64,000 nucleotides of DNA, taken from assembly GCA_013265495.1 (NCBI GenBank), contig MU057700.1, forward strand, positions 248,001-312,000. The letters are read 5' to 3'. Both the position numbers and the translations under genes were made by a program. The stretch comes from Vicugna vicugna. Taxonomy: Eukaryota. The notes beneath the pieces were generated by a model. That model saw only the letters and a list, made by a program, of their open reading frames with translations. It was not told where the DNA came from and did no database searches. This document shows, in pieces, positions 13,636 to 26,900 of the stretch (within the stretch, counting starts at the first letter, position 1; every line of letters starts with the position of its first letter).

Positions 13636-14063
13636 CAGTAGTAGTGCCCCCTTATCCGAGGGGAGTGCATTCCAAGGCTTCCAGTGGATGCCAGGGATAG
13701 TACTGGACCCTATTTATACTACGCATTTTCCTATACATATGTTCCTATGATACAGTTTAATTTAGAAATTAGGCACAATAAGAGAGTTTTCAAATTGCCA
13801 GCATCAGTGCTCTTGCCGTCAAGTGACACATGGGCAGACAGTATATACAGCGTGGATATGCTGGACCAAGGAACGATTCACATCCCGGGTGAGATGGAGT
13901 GAGACGGTGCACGATTTCGTCGTGTTACTCAGAATGGTGTGCAATTTAAAACTTATGAATTGTTTATTTCTGGAATTTCCAATTTAGTATTTTTGGACCA
14001 CATTTGACTGCAGGTAACAGAAGCCATGGAAAGTGAAACCATGGGTAAGTGGGGACTACGGTG
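13636..14063 (+). mobile_element. MER44-type (Tigger/Tc1-mariner) non-autonomous DNA transposon
   Basis: Terminal inverted repeats cagtag..ccccttatcc and ggtaagtggggactacggtg with flanking TA dinucleotides. Internal gcaatttaaaacttatgaattgtttatttctggaattt matches the MER44 consensus as I recall it. Confidence 0.8.
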
Positions 14064-15055
14064 TATGGTATACAAATATTCTCTCCCATTCTGGAAATTG
14101 TATTTTTCAATACCTGTATGGTGTCCTTTGAAGCACAAAAGTTTTAAATTGTGATGAAGTCCAATTCATCTCTTTTTCATTTGGTTGCTTGTGCTTTTGG
14201 TGTCATATCTAAACAAGCCATTGCTTAACCCAAGGTCACAAAGATTTACACCTGTGTTTTCTTCTAAGAGTTGTATGATTTTAGCTCTTACATTTAGGTC
14301 TTAGATCCCTTTGGAGTTAATTTTTGCACACGATGTGAGACAGGGGTTCAGCTTCATTCTTTTACATATGACTGTTTCGTTGCCTTAGTACCATTTGTTG
14401 AAAAGACTATCCTTTCCCCCAGTGAACTGCTTTGCCACCTTGGTTGAAAATCAATTGCTCTTAGGTGTCCGAGTTTCTTTCTGAACTCTCAGTCCTATTC
14501 CCTTGGTCTATGTGTTGGTCCTTGTGCCAGAATTATGCAGACTTGACTACTGTAGCTTTATAGTAAGTTTTGAAATGGGGGAATATGAACCTTCCAACTT
14601 TGTTCTTTTAAAAGATTGCTTTAGCTGTTCTAGGTCCCTTGTGTTTTCATGTGAATTTTACGAACAACTGTCAATTTCTGCAAAATAAAACAACAATTTG
14701 TCGATTTCTGTAAAATAAAAGCAGCTGGAATTTTGATAGGAATCACGTTGAAACTGAAAATCAATTTGAGGAGTATTGTCATCTTAACAATATTGTCTTC
14801 TAATCCATGAATGTGGCTGTCCTACCATTTGTATAAGACTAAATTAATTTCTTCCAACTTCAGTGTACAAGTTGTCCACTTCCTTTGTTAAATTTATTCC
14901 TAAGCATTTTTTTTCTTTTTGATGCTGCTGTGAATGGAATTGTTTTCTTAATTTTATTTTCAGATTGTTCGTTTTAGGTGATAGAATTACAACTGATTTT
15001 TGTATATTGATCTTGTATCTTGCAACCTTAATGAACTTATTTACTAGTTCTAATA

Positions 15056-15079
15056 GTGTGTGTGTGTGTGTGTGTGTGT
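15056..15079. repeat. (GT)12 microsatellite
   Basis: Seen directly. Confidence 0.95.
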
Positions 15080-15754
15080 ATTTTTTTAGGATTTTCTGTA
15101 TACAAGATCATGTCATCTGCAAATAGTGATCTTTTCACTTCTTCCTTCCAGTATGGATGTCTTTTGTACCTTGAATCTTTCCTAATTGCTCTGTTAGAAC
15201 CTCCAGTACAATATTGAATAGAAGTTGAGATCTTTCTCTTTTTAAATACAGATGTTTACAGCTATAAATTTCATCCTAAGCACTGTTCTAGCTGCATTCC
15301 GTAAGTTTTGGTATATCACGTTTTCATTTCCATTTATCTGAAATCGTTTTAAAGTTTCCCTTGTGATTTCTTCTTTTCCCTGTGGTTATTTGGGAGTGTG
15401 TTGTGTAATTCCCATATATTTACGAATTTCCCAGATTTCTTTCTGTTATTGACTTCTGCTATTCCTTTGTGGTAACAGAACATACTTTGCATGATTTCAG
15501 TTATTTTAAATTTATTAAGTTGTGTTTTATGGGCGAACATGTGATCCATTTTGGAGAATGTTCTATGTGCACTAGAGGAGAAGATGTGTTCTACTGTTAA
15601 GTGTTCGATACACGTCTGTTTGGTCTAGTTGTATTGTTCAAGTCTTCTATCTCCTTACTGATTTACTGTCTAGTTGTTTTATCCATTATTGAAAGTTGGA
15701 TGTTGAAGTCTCAAACTATTTTTGTTGAATTGTCTCTTCCCCCTCCTCAATTCT

Positions 15755-18700
15755 TTTTTCTTTTTTGGTGTCTTTTCTTTTTTCCTTTTTCACTTTTATT
15801 AGGTAGAATTATTACAGTTCAACTGCACATACACATTGCATGTAACTACAGTATACTGCACTTTTTTTTAGTTTTACATATATGTGTACTAATTATTGTT
15901 TCTAAGAACAGATTAGATCTTTAGCTTTTTAAACTTACATAGTTGTCAAAGGAATAAAGCTTACTACAAAATAAGAGTCAACAGAATGTAGTAGCCCACT
16001 CATAAAGGACAGTTAAATGTGCTTACACGTATTCAAGAAATCAATCATCTTAGTTATAAATAATAATTAGTTCTTTTATGTCATTATTATTGTTATTGTT
16101 TTTTAGATTCCTCATATAAATGATGTCATGTGGCATTTTCCTTTCTCTTTCTGACCCACTTTGCTTAGAATGACAATCTTCAGGTCCATCCATATTGCTG
16201 CAAATGGCATTATTTTATTCTTTTTTATGGCTGAGTAGTGTTCCATTATATAATATGTAGCACATCTTTATCCAGTCATCCGTTGATGGACATTTGGGTT
16301 GTTTCCATGTCTTGGCTATCGTAAATAGTGCTGCTATGAACATTGGGGTGCATGTGCCTTTTTGAATTTTATTTTTCTCCAGATATATGCCCAGGAGTAG
16401 GATTGCTAGATCACATGGTAAGTCTGTTTTCAGTTTTTTAAGGAACCTCCAATACTGGCTGCACCAATCTACACTCCCACCAACAGTGTAGAGGGTTCCC
16501 TTTTTGCCACACCCTCTCCAGCATCTATCATTTGTAGACTTTTCAATGATGGCCATTCTGGCTGGTGTGAGGTGTTATCTCATTGTAGTTTTGATCTGCA
16601 TTTCTCTGACAATTAGTTATGCTGAATATTTTTTCATATACCTATTGGCCATTTGTATGTCTTCCTTGGAGAACTACTTGTTCAGATCTTCTGCCCATTT
16701 TTGGATTGGGTTGCTTGTTTCTTTGATATTAATGTGTATGAGCTGTTTGTATATTATGGAAATTAGTCCCTTGTCAGTCACATTCTTTGCAAATATTTTC
16801 TCCCATTCTGTAGGTTGTCTTTTTGTTTTGTTGATGGTATCCTTACCTATGCAAAAGCTTTTAAGTTTAACTAGATCCCATTTGTTTATTTTTGCTTTTA
16901 TTTCCAAAACTGCAGGAGCTGGTTCAAAAAATATATTGCTGTAATGTATGTCTGCGAGTGTTTTGCCTATATTTTCCTCCAGGAGTTTTATAGTATCTGG
17001 TCTTACATTTAGGCCTTTAATCCATTTTGAGTTTATTTTTGTACATGGTGTTAGAGAATGTTCTAATTTCAGTCTTTTACAGGTAGCTGTCCAGTTTTCC
17101 CAGCACCACTTATTGAAGAGACTGTCTTTTCTCCATTGTATATTCTTGCCTCCTTTGTCATAGATTAATTGACCATATGTGCATGGGTTTATTTCTGGAC
17201 TTTCTATTTCTGTTCCATTAATCTGTGTGTTTGTTTTTGTGCCAGTACCATATTGTTTTGATTATGGTAGCTTTGTGATATAGTCTGAAGTCAGGGCACA
17301 TGATTCCTCCAGCTCCATTCTTTTTTTTCAAGATTGTTTGGCTATTTGGGGTCTTTCGTGTTTCCATACAAATTTTACCATTTTTTGTTCCAGCTCTGAT
17401 TATTTATTCTTCCAATCCAAGACATGGTGTATCTTTCCATTTTTTTGTCATCTTCAGTTACCTTCATCAGTGTCATATAGTTTTCAGCATACAAGTCTTT
17501 TGCCTCCTTGGGTAGGTTTATTCCTAGGTATTTTATTCTTTTTGGCACGATGGTGAATGGTATCATTTCCTTAGTTTCCCTTTCTGATATTTCATTGTTA
17601 GTGTATAGAAATGCAACTGATTGCTGTATATTAATTTTGTATCCTGCAACTTTACTATATTCACTGATGAGTTCTAGTAGTTTTCTGGTCACTTCTTTAG
17701 GGTCTTCTATGTATAGTATCATGTCATCTGCAAACAGTGGAAACTTTGTTTCCAATTTGGATTCCTTTTATTTCTTTTTCTTCTCTGATTGCTATGGCTA
17801 AGACTTCCAAAACTATGTTGAATAAAAGTGGCGAGAGTGGGCATCCTTGTCTTGTTCCTGATCTTAGAGGAAATGCTTTCAGCTTTTCCCCATTAAGTAT
17901 GATGTAAGCTGTAGGTTTGTCATATATGGCCTTTATTGTGTTGAGGTGTGTTCCATCTGTGCCCACTTTCTGGAGAATTTTGATCATAAATGGATGTTGA
18001 ATTCTATCAAAAGCTTTTTCTGCATCTATTGAGAGTATCATATGGTTTTTATTCTTCAATTTGTTAATGTGGTGCATCATGTTGATTGATTTGCGTATAC
18101 TGAAAAATCCCTGCATCCCTGGGATAAATCCCACTTGATCACGATGTATGATCCTTTTAATGCATTGTTGGAGTAGATTTGCTAGTATTTTGTTGAGGAT
18201 TTTTGCATCTATATTCATAAGTGATATTGGCCTATAATTTTCTTTTTTGGTGATATCCTTGTCTGGTTTTGGTGTCAGGGTGATGATAGAATCAGTTTGG
18301 AAATGTTCCTTCCTCTGCAAATTTTGGAATAGTTTCAGAAGGATAGGTGTTAACTCTTCTCTAAATGTTTGGTAGAATTCTCCTGTGAATCCATCTGGTC
18401 CTGGACTTTTGTTTTTTTTGTTGGGGGGGGTTTAATTACTGATTCAATTTCAGTACTGGTAATTGGTCTATTCATATTGTCCATTTCTTCCTGGTTTAGT
18501 CTTGGCAAATTGTACCTTTCTAAGAAATTGTCTGTTTCTTCTGCTTTGTCATTTTTGTTGGCGTATATTTGCTCATAGTATCCTCTTATGATCCCTTGTA
18601 TTTCTGTGGTGTCAGTTGTAACTTCCCTTTTTTCATTTCTGATTTTGTTAATTTAAACCCTGTCCCCTTTTTCTTGATGAGTCTGACTAAAGGTTTATCA

Positions 18701-19103
18701 ATTTTGTTTATCTTTTCAAAGAATCAGCTTTTAGTTTCATTGATCTTTTCTATTGTTTTTTTTTAGTCTCTATTTCATTTATTTCTGCTCTAATCTTTAT
18801 GATTTCTTTTCTTCTACTAACTTTGGGGTTTGCTTTTTCTTCTTCTCCAGCTGCTTTAGGTGTAAGATTAGGTTGTTTACTTGAGATTTTTCTTGTTTCC
18901 TGAGGTAGGCTTGTATCATTATAAACTTCCCTCTGAGAATTGCTTTTTCTGTGTCCCAGAGGTTTTGGATTGTTGTGTTTTCATTTTCATCTGTTTCAAA
19001 GTATTTTTTGATTTCCTCTTTGATTTCTTCCGTGATCCACTGGTTGTGTAGTAACATATTGTTTAGCCTCCTCATGTTTGCAGTTTTTTTCTTATAGTTG
19101 ATC
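15755..19103 (-). mobile_element. Younger 5'-truncated artiodactyl/camelid L1 (ORF2 remnant incl. RT) with non-L1 polyadenylated 3' end
   Basis: ORF2 fragments [21 protein letters not shown] and [21 protein letters not shown] (17724-18320), FADD (17375-17755), and the C-terminal Cys-rich region (16215-16556). Frameshifted and inactive. TSD tccccctc(ctc)aattct at 15738-15754 and 19104-19117. Confidence 0.9.
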
Positions 19104-19189
19104 TCCCCCTCAATTCTATAAGTTTTTGCTCTTAAAATTTGGGACTCTGTTGTTAGGTGCATATATTTATAATTATTATATCTTTTTAT

Positions 19190-19660
19190 TTATATATATC
19201 TAAACTGGAATACGACTCAACCATAAAAAATGATGAAATAATGCCATTTGCAGCAACCAGGATAGACCTAGAGATTATCATATTAAATGAAGTAAGCCAG
19301 AAAGAGAAAGATAAATATCATATGATATTACTATATGTGGAATCTAAAATATGATACAAATGAACTTATTTATAAAACAGAAACAGATTCACAGACATAG
19401 AAAATAAACTTATCGTTACCAAAGGGGAAAAGAGGGGGAGGGATAAACTAGTAGCTTGAGATTAGTCGATACAAACTTCTGTATATAAAATAAACAAGGT
19501 CCTACTGTATAGCACAGGGAACTACAGTCAATATCCTGTAATAAACCATAATGGAAAAGAATATGAAAAAGAATATATGTATATACATAAATATGAATCA
19601 GTTTGTACATCAGAACTAACACAACATTGTAAATGAGCTGTACTTCAATTTTTTAAAAAT
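19190..19660 (+). mobile_element. L1 3'-end fragment (artiodactyl type), sense orientation
   Basis: ORF2 C-terminus EIMPFAATRIDLEIIILNEVSQKEKDKYHMI, then 3'UTR ending aacacaacattgtaaat...tacttcaat. Confidence 0.85.
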
Positions 19661-19693
19661 GTCCTTCTTTATCTCTAGTAACAATTTTTTTGT

Positions 19694-19753
19694 TAAAGTC
19701 TATGTTGTCTGATAAAGTCTATGCTGTCTGATATTAAAGTCTATTTTGACTGA
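19694..19753. repeat. About 19-bp tandem repeat x3 (taaagtctatgttgtctga)
   Basis: Copies at 19694, 19713 and 19735. Confidence 0.85.
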
Positions 19754-21109
19754 TTTAGCCATTCCAACCCTTTTTTGATTACTGTTTACCAAAGACGGGA
19801 TATCTTTTCCATCCTTTCACTTTCAATCTATTTGTCTTTGAATCTAAAGTGTGTCTCTTGTAGAAAGCAAATATTTGGATCATGTTTTTAAATTCATTTT
19901 GCTACTCTTTAAGTTTTAATTGGAGCACTTAATACATTTACATTTAATGCAGTTACCACTAAGATAGGGTTTGCTATTTCTTTTTCATGTTATTGTCATC
20001 TTTGTTCTTCTGTCCCTCCGTTATTGCCTTCTTTTGTGCTGAACAGAAATTTTGTAGTACCATTTTAATTTCCTTGTTATTTCTCTTACTATATATTTTT
20101 TAGTTATTTCCTTTGTTATTGCTTGGAAGATTAACATTAACATCTTAACTTATAAGAATATAGTTCAGGTGAATACTAACATTTCAGTAGCATACAAAAC
20201 CTTGGCTGTTCTGTAATTCTGTTACCTCCCCTCTCTTTTGTGCTCTTATTGTCATAAAATTTACATTTTTATACATTGTGTACTCATCAGCACATGCTTA
20301 TAATTATTGCTTTATGTAGTTGTCTTTTAATTCAAATAGGAGGTAAAAAACAGTTACAAGCATAAAACACATTTATACTGTGTTTTGTATTTACCTATAT
20401 AGTTAATTTTACTGGTGCTTTTTATTTTTTCACCTGGATTTGAGTTCCTGGCTAGTGTCCTTTAATTTCAGCCTGAAGAACTCTCTTTAGTTTTAGTAGT
20501 TAGTGCAGGGTAAGTCCCCTAATGATGAATTTTGTTTTTATTTGCTGGGCAGTTTCTTCTTTATTTCTGAAGGATGGTTTTGCTGCACGAAGAATTGTTG
20601 ATTGATATCTTTTTTCTTTCAGTACTTTGTGTGTGTTATCCCACTGCTTTTTGCCCTGCCTTTCTCTGGTTTCTGATGGAGAATCTACTTGGAGTTTGTT
20701 GAGCTTTTTGATTGTATAGACTAATGTTTTTCATCAAATTTGGGACGTTTCAGCCATTAATGCTTCAAATATTCTTGTTTCTCCTTTCTTGCTTTTCTTT
20801 CTCATACTTCCATTATGCACATGGTACACATGATGGTGTCTGAGGCTATGTTAATTTTCCTTCATTCTTTTTAGTTTTTGTTCCTCAGCCTGGGTGACAT
20901 AAATTGACCTCTCTTCAAGTTCACTGATTTGTACAAATCTGCAGTTAAGTCTATCTAATTAAATTTTCATTTCAGTTACAATTTTCAACACTGGAATTTC
21001 TATTTTAAAAATAATTTGTATGCTTTTATTGATATTCTTTATTTGGCCAGACATTGTTAACATTTTTAAATTATTCTGGTGTAATTTCCTTAATTTCTAT
21101 TTCTAAAGT

Positions 21110-22065
21110 TCTTTTTTCTAGTTCTATTGAGATATAATTGACATATAACAGTGTATAAGTTTAAAGTTTACAATATAATGATTTGATACATGTATATTTT
21201 GCAAAATGATTACCATAATAAGTTTACCATCCATCACCCCATGTAGTTACAAGTTTGTTTTCCTTATGATGGTACCTTTTAAGATTTATTCTTTTAGCCA
21301 CTTTTAAATACACTATACAGTATTGTTTACTATAGTCACAATGTTGTACATTACATTCCACTTATCAGTGAGATCATACAGTATTTATCTTTCTTTGCCT
21401 GACTTATTTCACTTAGCATAACACCCTCAAAATCCATCCATGTTGTCACAAATGGCAGGATTTCCTTCTTTTTCATGGCTGAATAGTATTCTAGTGTGTG
21501 TGTCTGACATTTTCTTTATTCACTCATCTGATAATGGACATTTAACTTGTTTCCATATCTTGGCTGTTGTAAACAAAGCTGCAGTGAACATTGGGATGCA
21601 GATACCTTTTCAGGATAGTGATTTTTTTTTTGGATATATACCCAGAAGTGAAATTGATGGATCATATGGTAGCTCTGTTTTTAATTTTTTGAGGAACCTC
21701 CATACTGTTTTCCGTAGTAGCTGTACCAGTTTACATTTCCATCTTTTTTCTGCATCCTCAGCAGCAATTGTTATCTGTTGTCTTTTTGATCGCATCTTAA
21801 CAAGCGTGAGGTAATATCTCATTGTAGATTTGATTTTCATTTCCCTAATGATTGGTGATGTTGAGCACCTTTTCTGTGCCTACCTGCTGGCCATTTGAAT
21901 ATCTTCTTTGGAAAAATACCTATTCAGGTCCTTTGCTCATTTAAAAAAATTGGATTGTTTGGCTTTTTGCTATTGAACTGTTTGAGTTCCTTATATATTT
22001 TGGATATTAACCTCTGATCAGATGTGTGCTTTGCAGATATTTTCACCCATTCTGTAAGTTGCCTT
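21110..22065 (-). mobile_element. L1 3'-end fragment (L1MA-like)
   Basis: ttgagatataattgacatataaca 3' terminus. ORF2 C-terminal [25 protein letters not shown] (21610-21840). Confidence 0.8.
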
Positions 22066-23752
22066 ACTTAATATCTGACTATATTTAAAATAGCTGATTT
22101 AAACTTTTTGTTTAAAACAAAGTCAAATATCTTCCTCAAGGACAGTTGTTAGTGATTGATTTTTGCTTGTGGGCCATATTTTTTTTTCCTGTATATCTTG
22201 TAATTTTTTGTTGAAAACTGAACATTTAAAATAACTCAATGTAGCAACTCTGGAAGTCAGATTCTCACTCCTTTTTAGGGTTGCTCTTGCTGTTTGTTGA
22301 AGTCATTGTTTGTTTACTGACTTTTCTGAAATAATTCTGTAATGTCTGTATTCTTTTTTTGTGTATGGCCACTATAATTTCTGTTTGATTATTTTAGTTG
22401 TCATTTGGTGACTGAACAGAGATTTGCTCAAATGCCTGGAACCAGTCTCCAGTCTCTGCTCAGAGGCTCTGCGTGCATGTTTGGGCTCATCTTCAACTCT
22501 CAGCCAGGCAGTTGACAACTCTGCCTTAGCCTTCACTTCCTGTTTGCACAGAGGCACGAAGTCGGGCAGAATGAGAGCTGAGGGCCTTCTCAAGTCTTAC
22601 CTAAGCATGTGCATGTGCCTGAGCATGCACGTGGCCTTCCAGATTCCCAGGAATACATTGCAACTTTTAAAAGTCCCTGCAGGCATCTCATCTCATTACT
22701 GAACTTTGTCTTTTAAGCTTTTTGGTTAGTTAATCATTTGCTCCAACTGTTATCCACTGCCCGAAGCAGCTGTGAAGTTAAATGCCTGTAATTGTTTCGG
22801 GAAATCAACTGTCAGGAATAGGCTTTTTGTACAGGGTGAGCTCTGAGTCAAGTCAAATACGGACATCCTTGCAAATGGGTCTTCCGGGGAACCACCAGGC
22901 AGGTCAAATAATGACAGTTTTCTGGAAATGAGGCTTGAAAGATTTCAGCCCCGTTCTGCTTCCTGGCAGTGACTTCCAGGTTTTGTGTTTTCATGACAAG
23001 CATGGGGTCTTGTTTTTCAAGGCTTTGGGAGGTAATGGGGGGCTAGACCAAGTTAAATCACCACACAGCTTACAATTATTAGCAATATTCAGCTGTTTTT
23101 TGTGAATAAATGCTACCTCATTTGCTCCACATCTCTGATTAATTTCCAGAGTTCTAAAAAAATTTATTCTGATCATTTTTGCCAGTTTTCTTGTTGCTTT
23201 TGTTGGGAAAGGGTTTTGGGAGTTCCATACTCTGCCATTTTGCTGACATCTGTTCATCCTCTTTGGAGAGCATGTCTGTGATATCTCTTGTAGCTTATAA
23301 TGCACATAATCTTTAATCTGACACATCCAATTTTAGAAGTTTATTTTTCAGATATGGTCACATATTTTAGATCAGACCCTTGGTCAAGATGGTGATTGAA
23401 GACTGTTTGTGATTACCATATTATGCCGCACCTGAGTGCCTTTGCTAGGGGACAGCCCAGCTACCCAGCAGAATGTCCTGCAGCTGTTACAGATCATGAG
23501 GTGGTGCCCAGAGAAAAAGCAAATTGAAAACAGTGTGTGAAGTGTGAGCCCTTTAGTTCGGAAAAAAAACCCCTGCATGCACATATAAATCATCTCATGA
23601 ACACAGAAAATTCTGACTGGTTGCACACAAGAAACTTAACTGTGGGTGTCTTGTCTTTGGGAAAGGGCTGGGGCCTCGGGTGGAAGGGCACTTACTTTTC
23701 CTTGTATAATCTTTTGTATTGTTGAATATTTTCTTGTGAGCATATTCAATTT

Positions 23753-23950
23753 TATTTATTTATTTTATGCGACCTTTTTAAAAAAATTTTTACTTTATGT
23801 AGTCATTTTTTTTAGGTTTGTGTGTGTGTGTATCGGGGCAGGGAGTAATTAGGTTTTATTTATTTATTTTTAGAGGAGGTACTGGGGATTGAACCCAGGA
23901 CTCCGTGCATGCTAAGCGTGTGCTCTACCAATTGAGCTATACCCTCCCCT
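23753..23950 (-). mobile_element. Vic-1-type SINE with extended tail
   Basis: ggggattgaacccagga...gagctataccctcccc. Degenerate TSD gcatattcaattt (23740-23752) and gcattttcagttt (23952-23964). Confidence 0.88.
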
Positions 23951-26900
23951 TGCATTTTCAGTTTAAAACAGGTAGAATAAAAGCAAACTAGGCAAACAAA
24001 TGTGTGAATGCAGGCAAAGGCCTTGCACAGGTAGGCTCTGGTCTTCTCCCCTCCCCTGGGGCCCTGGTTCTGGCTGGGAGAACGAGGAACATTTCTCCTC
24101 AGGCCATGCCCACGGCTCTCCCTCCTACAGGGTCCGCAGGACAGGGGTGGGACCCTGGAGGGGAAGGGCACATGCTCTGCTCTCAGCTCTGTGACTTCAC
24201 TGGGTATCCTCAGGACAACCCTCAGATAGTGAAGGCAGAAACTGCGGGTGCTGGCCAGGAGGCCACGGCTGTCTGGGGTGCCACTGTGGTGGCATCCTTT
24301 AAGAGCCTGTGAGTCTGGAAACAACTGTGGGAGACCCCTCCTTGGAGCATTTGTGTCTGGTCTAGGAACAGGCTCAGAAGCACACACAGGTCACCTCGTG
24401 TCTGTTTGGCATTGAGTCCCTTCCCACCAGCCTGGAGCATCCTTTTCTCTGGCTCAAGACAGGCCCTGGCTGTGTGTGGACGCTTGTGGGCAGAGAGCCG
24501 CAGTACCTCCCCAGGGAGAAGGGCAGAAGTCCCAGAGGCCCACTGCCTGCTCATACCTGGTCAGCCGGACCAGCCTCCCCTCTGGAGGCTCCTTCAGGGT
24601 CCTCAGTGCCCCTCCCTGCTCAGATGCCTCCCGTCCATCGCAGACAGCCTCTTCCTCCCAAAGGAGGCTGGGGGAGCACCCAGGGACCCTCGCAGTGGCC
24701 CTGGTGCCTTGTCAGGGTTGTAGGACTATATGTGCCTATGAGGTTGGGACAATGTTCAAGGAAATCGGAGGAGGAACCCAAGCTCTCCTTCAAACCTAAA
24801 GTAAAATGTAAGTAAACTATCAAAAAGCATACTGTAACTCTGCAAAATACTGAAGTCAGCCAAGTAAATAGAGATGCTCAAGCGTAGGAGACTGTATGTT
24901 CTGCTCCAGTTAAAACCTTTTCCCGAAGGTGGAATTCGAACATACCTGGGTCAGGCACACCTCTGCCTGCTCGGCCCTTGCTCCCCTCCTCCCCGCACCC
25001 CGCCCCCGTCAGGGCCTCACCCGGCCCAGGTCCCTGCCCAAGGTGTGTGAGGGGCGGGTCTCCTGGTGCCTTTGCCCAAAAGATCACAGGACAAGCCTCT
25101 GTTCTCCTCCACCAAGAGGGAGGCTTGTGACAGTCCTGGGACATGTGCCTTGGTGGCTGCCGGCTGGGCTATGTGTGTGTGAGCAGGTCCCTGGGGACTC
25201 CTGCGGGGCTGGGCGGGGCTGGGCCCTGTGGAGGAGCAGCTCAGGAGGAGGAGAGCCGAGGCCAGCCGGGCATCCTTGCACGGAGCCCCTGTGGACCCCC
25301 CTGGTATCGAGCACCTGGGCTTGGCTCCAGGCTGAGGCTCTGCTGTGAGCAGTTACGTCTTGTGGGAATTCAGGGCCTGAGTTAGCCAGGTGCCCCAGGA
25401 TGGGTCAGGCAGAGACAGTGAGGGAGGATGCGGGAAGACTGTTCTAGAGGCTGAGGAAGGGGAAGGGATCCAGGCCAGGGAGTGTGTGCGGAAACAGAAG
25501 AAATAAAAGTGGCGGATGCAGTCTACTTGTTCTAGAAAGATGATTAAAAAAGAAGTTGGAAGGCAGCTAACAGAGGTGTGGGGTCAGCGAGACTGTTTGT
25601 GGGTCTGGAAAGGGTGGAACTGAGAGGAAGTGGAGACAGAGGCTGAAGGGGAGAAGAGGGTGGAGCGGAGGAGAGAACACGATTGCCGGGGCGGGACCCA
25701 AGGGCTCCAGGGTCCCGCCCACCTGATGCTGGGGCTCCATCCAAAGGGGAGGATGTAGTGGGAGAGCAGACTAGGAGCCTGCAGGGCTAGGGACCAGGAG
25801 GAGCTCCAGAGGCATGAGGGGGGCTGAGAAGGAGTTTGGGAGCTGTCTAAGGATAAGGGGAACCCAATGAGACAGAAGTCCCTTCTCTCACTTGCTGGCA
25901 ACTTCAAATCCCAGCCCCCACCTTCCCGCCCCACTAAGCCAGGCTAGTCCCAAGTCTCCACCCCTGTTCCCTACCCGCCACCAGCTAGCCCTAAGCATCT
26001 TGCCCCACGCCCCCAACACACACACTCATTAGGGGACCTCAGATGTGAGTTCTCTGGCAGAGTCTCCTCTGAAAACTGGAGCCAGATGACCTTGTGGGTG
26101 GTGGTCGCTGACCCCGCCTCACCACACCTCTGAGCATCCCTAGGAGGCCATCGGTCCCCTGCCCCCCTGCCCCGAGTCTTCCCCGTTCCTGGAACAACCA
26201 AATGAGAAGCCTCACCTGGACAGGTTTGTGATGGGGCACAGCCCTTCACAGCTGTCCAGCTGCTTTCCGGCTTCCTGGGCCCTCCCCATAGAGCAGAGGG
26301 GGTGTGGAGCCCACGGTCCCATAGCAACTTGGCCTTTCCAGGACTGATGCCCACGACAGCCCCTGCTTCCTACCTGGGTGGCCTGCAGGTGCTCAGAGGG
26401 CAGGTGACCCAGGCTCCACCTGGCCTGGGCCCTGCCTGAGGCAGGGAAACCTAGGATAGAGAGGGTACAGGAGGTGAAGGCAGCACTGTCACCTCCCCTT
26501 GGACACCCCAGACCAGCTGCCCTAACGGGCAGCAGTGGACATCAGGGCAAGGGCACTGTGGACACCTGGCAGGCAGCAAAGAGGGGTTCCACCTGGGATC
26601 CCTCCATGAATGCTGTCCCTTTGGAGCCAGAAGCAGGGGATACAGAGATGCAGGAGGCCAGGCCCCACCACCTGACGTGGGCCCTGGGCATTGGGCATGT
26701 TCTGCCCACGCTCAGGTCACATAGCCCTAATGACCAAAGGACAGGTGGTGGATGGGGCGGCAGCAACAGCATAGCTGAGTCCTTTCTACCTGGGAACCAC
26801 AAGCATGCAGGGGACCTGCTGAACTCTGGCCCCGAGGGCAGGGGGACAGCGGAACGGGGCCAGCCCCCTAGCATCTCAGCCACCCCAGCCATTCCAGCTC

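Larger units (their letters stand above)
12440..23260 (-). mobile_element. Ancient L1M (L1MB/MC-like) host element, fragmented by nested insertions
   Basis: T-rich L1 3' end at about 12440-12900 (aattgaaatatataattca...catttaca-type), followed by degenerate antisense ORF2 sequence that resumes colinearly on both sides of each nested insert. AT-rich relative to the flanks. Confidence 0.8.

Noticed and set aside
16215..19162. RT-containing ORFs as an active retroelement or novel RT system
   Set aside because: These are standard LINE-1 ORF2 fragments with frameshifts, deletions and 5' truncation.
19694..19753. Short direct repeats as a CRISPR-like array
   Set aside because: No spacers. This is a slippage duplication inside an L1 in a mammalian genome.
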